The notes beneath the pieces are model-generated. The model was not told where the DNA came from and did no database searches. It saw only the letters and a list, made by a program, of their open reading frames with translations. A DNA stretch of 64,000 nucleotides from an uncultured Verrucomicrobiae bacterium (GTDB taxonomy: Bacteria > Verrucomicrobiota > Verrucomicrobiia > Chthoniobacterales > JAATET01), in contig CAVRCI010000008.1 of NCBI GenBank assembly GCA_963719495.1, positions 1 to 64,000 of the forward strand, written 5' to 3'. The position numbers were made by a program, and so were the translations under genes. Below, in pieces: positions 19,583 to 27,335 of this stretch (position 1 is its first letter; every line of letters starts with the position of its first letter).

Positions 19583-19926
19583 CGATGGGGAATGCGGGTT
19601 TGTCCGCAGATTAAACAGAGTGACGCAGATTTATATTTCTGAGGGAATGCATTCAATCTGCGTAATCTGCGTAATCTGCGGTCAGAAGGAACAATGGGAA
19701 GGGGGCGGGGACGTCTCGTCCGCGTGAATGGATTCGTGAGGACGAGACGTCCTCACCCCACGTCCTCACCCCGTATGTTTGCGCGGGGACCTTCGAGAGC
19801 CAGCACAAGTAACGATCTCCCGATGGCGGAATGCGGGTTTGTCCGCAGATTACGCAGAGGGACGCGGATTTCTAATCCTGAGGAAATGCATTCAATCTGT
19901 GTCGCTCTGTTTAATCTGCGGACAAA
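19583..19926. repeat. Two 9-mer (CGCAGATTA) palindromic elements flanking a GACGAGACGTCC REP-like pair
   Basis: Copies ~19583-19684 and ~19822-19926; related element at 32413-32503. Confidence 0.85.
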
Positions 19927-21935
19927 AACTGGGGATGGCGGCGGATCGTATTCTCGAAGGCGGGGTGGTCGGATGTCGTCAGCTCGGGGGGGAATCGGGT
20001 CTCGGAGCGGGTCCACTTTTCGAGCCAGGTGGCGGGGATGAGTTCGCGCGGATGGAGGCCGAGGGCGGCGGGGGTGAGGGCGATGGTGGTCTCGGTTTTC
20101 GGTGGAGTGCCGACGCCGCGGGCGACGTGGAAGCCGGCGGCGAGCATGACGGTGCGGGTCGCGGTGGCGTTCGTGTAGGTGAAGAGCTCGGTAGGGTGAC
20201 GGCCTTCGTTGCACGCGGTGAAGAGGCGGCGGAAGGCTTCGAGGGTCCAGGGGCCGCCGGTGGTTTTCGCGGAGAACATGTCGTAGAAGACGATGTCGGG
20301 TGGGCCGGGGGCGGCGGCGAGGGTTTCGACGTAGTCGCCGTGGACGAGGGTCCAGGTGAGGCCGGGTTGGGTCCGCGATTGCCAGTGACCGTGGCGGAGG
20401 AGGTGGTGGGGGCCGGAGTGGCGGAGGTAGCGGAAGAGCTCGTTGTGGGCGAAGGCAAGGCGAAGGGAGTCGAGGTCGTTCTCGAAACTGACGATGCGGA
20501 GCGGGCGGGTGGGGGGTTCTTTCGCGTTTTCGTAGACGCGGATCGCGGCCATGGCGTTGGCGGCGGCGCCGAGGCCGACGTCCCAGATCGTGAGGGGGGC
20601 GTCGGTAGGTTCGCGGAGGCGGGTGGCGAGATGGGATTGGTCGACGTAGAGGCGTTGGGCTTCCTCCATCGGCGGAGTGCGGGCGTGCATGATCTCGCCG
20701 CTGTCGCGGTGGAGGATGCTGGCGAAGCCTTCGCGGGCGGTGTGGATTTCGTAGTCGCCGCGGGTCGGGCGTTTGATCTCCTTCGGCGGGGTCGGGTCGA
20801 CGGGGTTGTCGAGGTCGTCCTCGGCGAGGAGGGCGCGCTTGGTTTTGTAGAATTCGAGAAAGCGGCCTGCGAGGATACTGGCGCGGATCTCGCGCATGAG
20901 CTGGTGGTAGAAGTAGATGTTGTGCTCGCCGATGAGCTGCCAGCCGAGGGTTTCGGAGGCCTTGGTGAGGTGGTGGAGGTATCCGCGCGAGAAGCGGGCG
21001 CAGGTCGGGCAGGCGCACTTGGGGTCGAGTGCGTCTTCGGAGAATTTGTGGACGGCGCGGCGGAGCTGGAGGAAGCCGCGGGACGTGAAGACGCCGCCGC
21101 GTTTGGCGACCTGGGTCGGGATGATGCAGTCGAACATGTCGATGCCGCGGTGGACGGCCTCCAGAATGTCGAGCGGGGTGCCGACGCCCATGAGGTAACG
21201 GGGTTTGTCGCGGGGGAGGAGGCTGGCGGCGAGGGCGCACATGTCTTCGCGCTCGGATTTTCCTTCGCCGACCGCTAGCCCGCCGACCGCGAATCCGTCG
21301 AAGGGAAGTTCGGTGAGTCCGGCGGCGCTGGCGCGGCGGAGGTCGGGGTAGACGGCACCCTGGACGATGGCGAAGAGGGATTGGGGCGAATCGCCGCGGG
21401 CGGCGAGACTGCGGACGGCCCAGCGTTGGGTGAGCTCGACGGCGGCGCGGGCGGTGGCTTCGTCGGCGGTGGCGGCGACGCATTGGTCGAGCGCCATCAT
21501 GATGTCGCTGCCGATGGAGCGCTGGGTGCCGATGCTGAGCTCGGGACTGAGGAGGTAGGTCCGGCCGTCGACGTAGCTTTGGAAGGACGCGCCCTCCTCG
21601 CTCATGGCGCGGGCGTGCGGGAGTGAGAAAATCTGGTATCCGCCGGAGTCGGTGAGGAAGGACTTGGGCCAGGTGGTGAATTTGTGGATTCCGCCGAAGC
21701 GCTCGAAGACCTCGGGGCCGGGCCGGAGGAGGAGGTGGTAGGTATTGGCGAGGAGGATCTGGGACCCGCTGGCTTCGAGGGATTGCGGGAGCTGGGCCTT
21801 GACCGTGGCCTGCGTGCCGACGGGCATGAAGAGGGGGGTGAGGACTTCGTTGTGGAGGGTGGTGAAGCGGGCGGCGCGGGCTTGGGAGCCGGCGGCCTCG
21901 GCTTCGAGTTGAAATTGGAGACGGTTACCGGTCAT
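19911..21935 (-). CDS. tgt: tRNA-guanine transglycosylase fused to C-terminal MnmC/MnmD-like SAM methyltransferase
   Basis: FMPVGT, DSGGYQ, GGLAVGE, YLMGVG, DMFDC, CxCxxC..H; then DVGLGAAAN, DIVFYDMFS, FTYT, AAGFHV. Confidence 0.92.
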   Translation of the reverse strand: MTGNRLQFQLEAEAAGSQARAARFTTLHNEVLTPLFMPVGTQATVKAQLPQSLEASGSQILLANTYHLLLRPGPEVFERFGGIHKFTTWPKSFLTDSGGYQIFSLPHARAMSEEGASFQSYVDGRTYLLSPELSIGTQRSIGSDIMMALDQCVAATADEATARAAVELTQRWAVRSLAARGDSPQSLFAIVQGAVYPDLRRASAAGLTELPFDGFAVGGLAVGEGKSEREDMCALAASLLPRDKPRYLMGVGTPLDILEAVHRGIDMFDCIIPTQVAKRGGVFTSRGFLQLRRAVHKFSEDALDPKCACPTCARFSRGYLHHLTKASETLGWQLIGEHNIYFYHQLMREIRASILAGRFLEFYKTKRALLAEDDLDNPVDPTPPKEIKRPTRGDYEIHTAREGFASILHRDSGEIMHARTPPMEEAQRLYVDQSHLATRLREPTDAPLTIWDVGLGAAANAMAAIRVYENAKEPPTRPLRIVSFENDLDSLRLAFAHNELFRYLRHSGPHHLLRHGHWQSRTQPGLTWTLVHGDYVETLAAAPGPPDIVFYDMFSAKTTGGPWTLEAFRRLFTACNEGRHPTELFTYTNATATRTVMLAAGFHVARGVGTPPKTETTIALTPAALGLHPRELIPATWLEKWTRSETRFPPELTTSDHPAFENTIRRHPQFLSAD

Positions 21936-21985
21936 CGGCCGGGGATGCTACCGCAATCGCGCTTTCGCTTAATCTCAATCTTTGG

Positions 21986-22567
21986 TTGATTTCGAGGGTG
22001 GCAAAGGAGGTGAAGTCCGAAGAGATCTCGTGGGAATCGCAGGATCTCCTGCGGGTGCTGGAGGAACGATTCGCGGAGAACGGGCGGCGTCATCCGGGCG
22101 TCGAATGGGCGAAGGTCGCGGCGAGGTTGCGGGGGAATGGAACGGCTTTGCGGACGCTCGCGGCAATGGAGGCTTCTGGTGGTGATCCGGACGTTGTGGG
22201 GCTGGACTCGGGTCGGGGCGAGATTTTGTTCGTCGATTGCTCGCCAGAGACTCCGAAGGCGCGGGTGTCGGTTTGCTACGACCGGGCGGGGTTGGATTCG
22301 CGGAAGGAGCACAAGCCGAAGACTTCGGCGGTGGATCTGGCGACGGAGATGGGCGCGGAGTTGCTGACGGAGGAGGAGTATCTGGCGCTGCAGGCGGTGG
22401 GGGATTTTGACCGGAAGACTTCGAGCTGGGTGAAGACGCCCGACTCGGTGCGGGCGAAGGGTGGGGCGCTCTATTGCGAGCAGCGTTACGGGCGGGTCTT
22501 TACCGGGCACAACGGGGCGCAGTCTTATTACGCGGTGCGGGGATTTCGGGTGGGGGTGCGGGTTTGA
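21986..22567 (+). CDS. DUF4256-like protein
   Basis: MEASGGDPDVV, CYDRAGLDSRKEHKP, SYYAVRGFR; start may be GTG ~22010. Confidence 0.8.
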   Translation: MISRVAKEVKSEEISWESQDLLRVLEERFAENGRRHPGVEWAKVAARLRGNGTALRTLAAMEASGGDPDVVGLDSGRGEILFVDCSPETPKARVSVCYDRAGLDSRKEHKPKTSAVDLATEMGAELLTEEEYLALQAVGDFDRKTSSWVKTPDSVRAKGGALYCEQRYGRVFTGHNGAQSYYAVRGFRVGVRV

Positions 22568-22675
22568 GCCTGGCGGCGTTCGGGGGGACGAGACGTCCCC
22601 CCCCCATTTTTGTGCGCTGGCGGCTTTGGTGCGGAGGGGGTTCGGGGGGCTTATTCGCTGGAAGGCGATTCCATT

Positions 22676-23173
22676 TTAGGTTCGGAAGTTGGTTTCGAGG
22701 TTGGTTTCCAGGGTTTGGAGGGCTCGTTCGAGTTTGGAGTGAGTGGGGGTCGGGGTGTCGGTCGTGAGCGCGTTGGCGGCTCGGTGGGCGAGGGATCGGT
22801 GGGGATTGGTCTCGGTGATTTGCTCGATGAGGTTCTCGACTTCGTTGGCCTGGCGACGCGCTTCGGTGATCTTGGCGCGGGCGTCGGCTTCGGTGATGTC
22901 GTTGGTGGCGACGCGCTGAAGCAGGCGGCAGTCGAAGGCCCGGCAGCGGGTGGGGCGGTCGTCGTAGATCGCGCAGTGGTTGCCGCAGTGGGCGGGACAG
23001 GGTTGGTGGAAGAACGTCTCGTCACGGCGGCGTTTGGTGCGGAGGCCGTGGCTGGCGAGGGCGCGGGGGGAGTCGCCGGGTTGGAGGGTGACGTTGTGAA
23101 AGAGGGTGCCGTCGCAGCACATTCCGCAGGCGGCGCAGAGGCGGCTGGGGACGTCGTCGGCGGGACCGGTCAC
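22676..23173 (-). CDS. YkgJ-family cysteine cluster (CxxCxxCC) protein
   Basis: CAACGMCC, CAIYDDRPTRCRAFDC. Confidence 0.88.
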   Translation of the reverse strand: MTGPADDVPSRLCAACGMCCDGTLFHNVTLQPGDSPRALASHGLRTKRRRDETFFHQPCPAHCGNHCAIYDDRPTRCRAFDCRLLQRVATNDITEADARAKITEARRQANEVENLIEQITETNPHRSLAHRAANALTTDTPTPTHSKLERALQTLETNLETNFRT

Positions 23174-23180
23174 GCCGCGG

Positions 23181-24227
23181 CTAGTCTTTGAACTCGGAGT
23201 TCAGCCACTCGAGCGGGAAGCGGTCGCCGGGGCAGTCGGTGGGCTTGGGATTGATCTGTTTGTGCCCGCGGACGACCATTTCCTTGCCGCCGGATTTGCC
23301 GCAGCGGCGGCGGAGGTATTCGGTGAGTTCCTGCAGAGCGGCGAGCTGGGTTTTCGTGGGAAGATCGCGGTTCAGGTCGCCGACGAGACAGATGCCGATG
23401 GAAATGTTGTTGAGGTAATCGCTGGCGACGTGGCCGCCGTTGATCTGGCGGGTCCAACGGTTCCCGATCTCGATCTCGCCGTCGCCGGAGGACGTGCCGT
23501 TGCCGATGACGAAGTGGTAGGCCATGCCGTTTTGCATCTTGCGGACGTTCTTGTGGTAGTTGTCGAAGGCTTTGGCGTTGCCCTGGCGGGTGCCGCTGTT
23601 GTGGATGATGACGTATTTCCAGCGGCCTTTCTCGACTTTGGCGTCGTCGATGGCATCGCGGACGGAGGCGCTGAGGTGGTCGTATTTCGGACCGCGTCCG
23701 AACCAGAGGAAGCCGCCTTTTTTCTTGGGTGGTGGGACGAGGCCTTCGTCTTTCGATTTGCCGGATTTCTCGACGACGATGGGCGCGTCGGACTTTTGCT
23801 TCTTCGGTTTCGGCGTCGGGGTCGGGGTGGGTTCGGGGGTTGGTTTCGGGGTCGGCTTGGGTTTCGGGGTGGGTTTGGGTTTCGGTGTGGGGGTGGGTTT
23901 GGGATCGAGGGCCTCGAGGGGAGGCTCGGGTGTGGGCTCCGGCGTCGGGACGCGTTCGGCTTTGGCGACGGGGGTCGGGGTGACTTTTGGCGGCGGCGGG
24001 TCCTGTGGGCGGGGGCGGGGTGTGGCGGTGGGCTCCGGGGCGGGTCGGCTGGCGGGCGTGGGTCGGGGCCGGGGCGTGGCGGAGGCGGCGGGGAGGGGGC
24101 GCATGTCCTCGCGGGAGCGGAGAAAAAGGGCGCGCTTCTGGGCGTCGCTCATTTGCGAGAGCGCTTGGGGGGCGAGGACGCCAGCGGTCGTCAGAAGGGA
24201 CAGGCCGACGACTAGGAACTTGCGCAC
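23181..24227 (-). CDS. N-acetylmuramoyl-L-alanine amidase (Amidase_2) with Pro/Thr/Lys linker
   Basis: IIHNSG, AYHFVIGNG, SIGICLVG, GHKQI..TDCPG. Confidence 0.9.
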   Translation of the reverse strand: MRKFLVVGLSLLTTAGVLAPQALSQMSDAQKRALFLRSREDMRPLPAASATPRPRPTPASRPAPEPTATPRPRPQDPPPPKVTPTPVAKAERVPTPEPTPEPPLEALDPKPTPTPKPKPTPKPKPTPKPTPEPTPTPTPKPKKQKSDAPIVVEKSGKSKDEGLVPPPKKKGGFLWFGRGPKYDHLSASVRDAIDDAKVEKGRWKYVIIHNSGTRQGNAKAFDNYHKNVRKMQNGMAYHFVIGNGTSSGDGEIEIGNRWTRQINGGHVASDYLNNISIGICLVGDLNRDLPTKTQLAALQELTEYLRRRCGKSGGKEMVVRGHKQINPKPTDCPGDRFPLEWLNSEFKD

Positions 24228-24310
24228 GGGCGGGAGGCTACCAGATTCGATCCGGGGGGCAAGCGGGGCGCGATTTGATTTTTGCGCTGATCGGGGGGAG
24301 TGTCGCGGTG

Positions 24311-24697
24311 ATGAATCGTTGGTTGCTGAGTCTGGTTGTGGCGTGGGGGTTGGTGTCTTTGGCGGGGGCGCAGGGTCTTGGTGGAGCGGATTCGGGGGCG
24401 GTGATGCGGGCGCGGGCCGACGCTTTGGTTTTTCCGGAGGTGACGTTCCGGGATACTTCGCTCTCGTCGGCGGTGGAGTATCTGCGGCAGATGACGGCGA
24501 AGTCGGACGTGGGGAAGGGGATCAATTTCGTCGAATTGTATCCGAAGGAGGTTGGCGATGAGACGTTGGTGACGCTTTCGCTGAATGGGGTGCCACTGTC
24601 GGCGGTGCTGCAGTATCTGGCGGATAGCGCGGGGGTGGCGGTGGAGTATCAGCGGCACGCGGTGGTGCTGAAGTTGGTGACCTCGGCGGACGAGTGA
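24311..24697 (+). CDS. Small exported protein with STN/secretin-N-like domain
   Basis: Signal peptide; PEVTFRDTSLSSAVEYL, VTLSLNGVPLSAVL. Confidence 0.7.
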   Translation: MNRWLLSLVVAWGLVSLAGAQGLGGADSGAVMRARADALVFPEVTFRDTSLSSAVEYLRQMTAKSDVGKGINFVELYPKEVGDETLVTLSLNGVPLSAVLQYLADSAGVAVEYQRHAVVLKLVTSADE

Positions 24698-24736
24698 AGT
24701 GAGGAGAGTGTCCGGCTTCGCCGCGTTGGGTTGGGT

Positions 24737-24863
24737 CGGCAGCCGGAGCGAAGCGGAGACGGGCGAAGCCAATTGCAAATCGCCGCTCCTCGAGGATTCG
24801 ACCGGCTCTCCGGCTTCGCCGGGATTGCCGGGCTTCGGCACCTGGAAGGTGCCGCTCCTTGAA
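24737..24863. repeat. REP-like hairpins (…CCGCTCCTTGAA family), first interrupted by a 32-nt insertion
   Basis: Family copies also at 34531-34558, 41559-41586, 44711-44738, 47177-47267 and 56968-57024. Confidence 0.85.
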
Positions 24864-24867
24864 TTGA

Positions 24868-25647
24868 TTATTCGGAGGTGGGGAGGGTGAGTTCCCCGGG
24901 GATGGTCGGAATTTCTAAGATTGTCCCGGAAATCGTCGCGGATGATCCGAGGGTGAGGCTGGAGTCGACGCTGTAGGTGAGGCTGCCCGGGACTTGTCCG
25001 GTGGTCGTGAAGCCGAGGGTGCTTGGTTGGTAGTCGATCCACATGTCGCGGGGTGTCTTGCCGAAGTTTTTAGCGAGCGGTCGGGACTTGCCGAGGTTGC
25101 GGAAGGCTCGGCGCAGCTGATCGCCGTAGTTCACCGCGATCAGGGTGTAGAAGGGGACGGATGGGTTGGATCCGGACGGGCGGACCAGAGGCTGGACGGC
25201 CAGGGACGTGCGAAGGACGCGCCTGATGGCACGGCGGGCGCGTGGGCGGTTGACGTCGCGTTTGGTGTCGGCGTTGACCAATTCCAGAAGGGTTGGGGCT
25301 GACGCGGTTAGGGCTCGGGCGATCTCGTCGCAGCCGTTTTTTTGATAGGTCCGGGCGGTGCGTCGAAAAAATTTGGTGATGTAGTGATTGCCGCGATCGT
25401 AGCGGGCCGCGGAGACGAACGCTCGGAAGTCCTTGAGGGTTTGAACTTCGCGGTCCTCGCTGGAGCGTCCGAAATCTCCGGGAAAGGCGATGGACGATCG
25501 GAGCGGATCCGAAGAAACGAGGGTATTCTCCACGTCCGCGCGCATCGGAAAGATCGGCGAGGTGAGGACGATCAGGGCGATTGCGAATCGGAACATCAGC
25601 TTTCGGATAGCCGGAGTCAGCGGGCTCGGCAAGCGGCGGTTTCGCAT
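24868..25647 (-). CDS. Hypothetical exported protein
   Basis: 259-aa ORF, hydrophobic leader after MFRFAIAL; start uncertain. Confidence 0.6.
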   Translation of the reverse strand: MRNRRLPSPLTPAIRKLMFRFAIALIVLTSPIFPMRADVENTLVSSDPLRSSIAFPGDFGRSSEDREVQTLKDFRAFVSAARYDRGNHYITKFFRRTARTYQKNGCDEIARALTASAPTLLELVNADTKRDVNRPRARRAIRRVLRTSLAVQPLVRPSGSNPSVPFYTLIAVNYGDQLRRAFRNLGKSRPLAKNFGKTPRDMWIDYQPSTLGFTTTGQVPGSLTYSVDSSLTLGSSATISGTILEIPTIPGELTLPTSE

Positions 25648-25715
25648 TTTTCCAGCTTGTCACTCGACAGGGCGGGGCGGGAGTCGGTAACCATTCGTGC
25701 TCGAGTATTTGATCG

Positions 25716-26912
25716 ATGGAATTGCTGAACACTGCTTTCACTCCGGGGACGGAATTGTTTCTCATTTGGACCTCCCTGGCGAAGACGCTGGGGCTGCTTG
25801 GGATCATCCTCGGGCTGGTTTCCTACACCGTCTATGCGGAGCGCAAGGTGAGCGCGTTCATTCAGGACCGCGTGGGGCCGAACCGGGCGGGGATTCCGCT
25901 CACGTTGCTTGGGGGCAAGAAGGACATTCCGTTTTTTGGACTGGGTCAGCCGATCGCGGACGCGATGAAGCTGCTGCTCAAGGAAAACTTCATCCCGAAC
26001 TCGGTGAACAAGTTCTACTACTACATCGCGCCGAAGCTGACGATGATCCCGCCGATTCTGGTGCTGGCGGTGCTGCCGTTCGGGAGTTCGCTCTTCGGGG
26101 TGGACATGGTGATCGCGGATATCGGGGTTGGCGTGCTTTACGTCTTTGCGGTGTCGTCGCTGGGGGTTTACGGGATCGTGCTGGCGGGGTGGGCTTCGAA
26201 CTCGAAGTATCCGTTCCTGGGTGGCATTCGCTCGAGCTCGCAGATGATTTCGTATGAACTGGCGCTGGGGCTGTCGGTGGTGCCGGTTTTTCTGATCGTC
26301 GGGACTTTGAATCTGGGTGAGATCGTGACGTGGCAGCGGGATAACGGGTGGATGATTTTCCCGTTCTGGCCGGAGGGGTTCACGGTGGCGGGGGCGATGG
26401 CGGATCCGTCGCTGATCTGGACGTCGGTGGTGGCGGGATTCTCGTGGCAGCGGGTGCTGCTGTGGATTCCGATGTTGATTTCGTTCGTGGTGTTTTTTGT
26501 CGCGATGTTCGCGGAGACGAACCGGGCACCGTTCGATCTGCCGGAGGCCGAGCAGGAGCTGGTTGGCGGGTATCACACGGAATATTCGGGCATGGGGTTC
26601 GCGCTGTTTTTCCTCGGGGAATACGCGGCGATGATCGCGGGTTCGGGGGTGATCGTGACGCTGTTCTTGGGCGGGTGGAGTCTGCCGATCATTCCGGATG
26701 GGGCGGAGGGTTGGTTCTGGGGTTTGGTGAATATCGGGACGTTCTTCGCGAAGGTGTCGGCGCTGTTGTTTTTCTTCATCTGGGTGCGGTGGACGGTGCC
26801 GCGCTTCCGGTATGATCAGCTGATGAAGCTGGGCTGGTATTTCTTCTTCGAGCTGGCGCTGGTGAATATCTTCATCACGGCGGCGATCCTGGCTTTCCTG
26901 CCGAGTTCGTAG
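25716..26912 (+). CDS. nuoH: NADH-quinone oxidoreductase subunit H
   Basis: ERKVSAFIQDRVGPNR, QPIADAMKL, AETNRAPFDLPEAEQELVGGYHTEYS, PRFRYDQL. Confidence 0.97.
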   Translation: MELLNTAFTPGTELFLIWTSLAKTLGLLGIILGLVSYTVYAERKVSAFIQDRVGPNRAGIPLTLLGGKKDIPFFGLGQPIADAMKLLLKENFIPNSVNKFYYYIAPKLTMIPPILVLAVLPFGSSLFGVDMVIADIGVGVLYVFAVSSLGVYGIVLAGWASNSKYPFLGGIRSSSQMISYELALGLSVVPVFLIVGTLNLGEIVTWQRDNGWMIFPFWPEGFTVAGAMADPSLIWTSVVAGFSWQRVLLWIPMLISFVVFFVAMFAETNRAPFDLPEAEQELVGGYHTEYSGMGFALFFLGEYAAMIAGSGVIVTLFLGGWSLPIIPDGAEGWFWGLVNIGTFFAKVSALLFFFIWVRWTVPRFRYDQLMKLGWYFFFELALVNIFITAAILAFLPSS

Positions 26913-27335
26913 GGCCTCCGGCGGAGGAGTTGGCCCGCTAAACACGCGAATGAACGCGAATGGATGGGGAGGGAAAGGGGCTTCGCCCCTTTCAGGACCT
27001 AAAGAATCTATTCGCGTCAATTCGCGTGTTTAGCGGGCAAAAGTATCTTCACTTCGTGGTCGCGATTTCGGTGCCGTCCCAACCGTCAGGCGGTGGGTCG
27101 GCCGAAAAAGTGGCGTTCCTGCCGAGTTCGTAGGGCCTCCGGCGGAGGGATTTTGCCCGCCAAACACGCGAATGAACGCGAATGGGTGAGGAGGGGAAGG
27201 AGCTTCGCTCCTTTCAGGGCCTAAGAAATCCATTCGCGTCGAATCGCGTGTTTAGCGGGCAAAAGCATTTTCACTTCGTGGTCGCGATTTCGGTGCCGTC
27301 CCAACCGTCAGGCGGTGGGTCGGCCGAAAAAGTGG
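26890..27335. repeat. Tandem ~222-bp duplication containing both convergent gene ends and a 9-mer palindrome
   Basis: 26890-27113 vs 27111-27335. Confidence 0.92.

Noticed and set aside
19545..19910. SAM riboswitch upstream of metF
   Set aside because: No SAM-I/II consensus seen; region is explained by repeats
26890..27335. Diversity-generating retroelement TR/VR pair
   Set aside because: Differences are not adenine-specific, lie in non-coding DNA, and no reverse transcriptase is present
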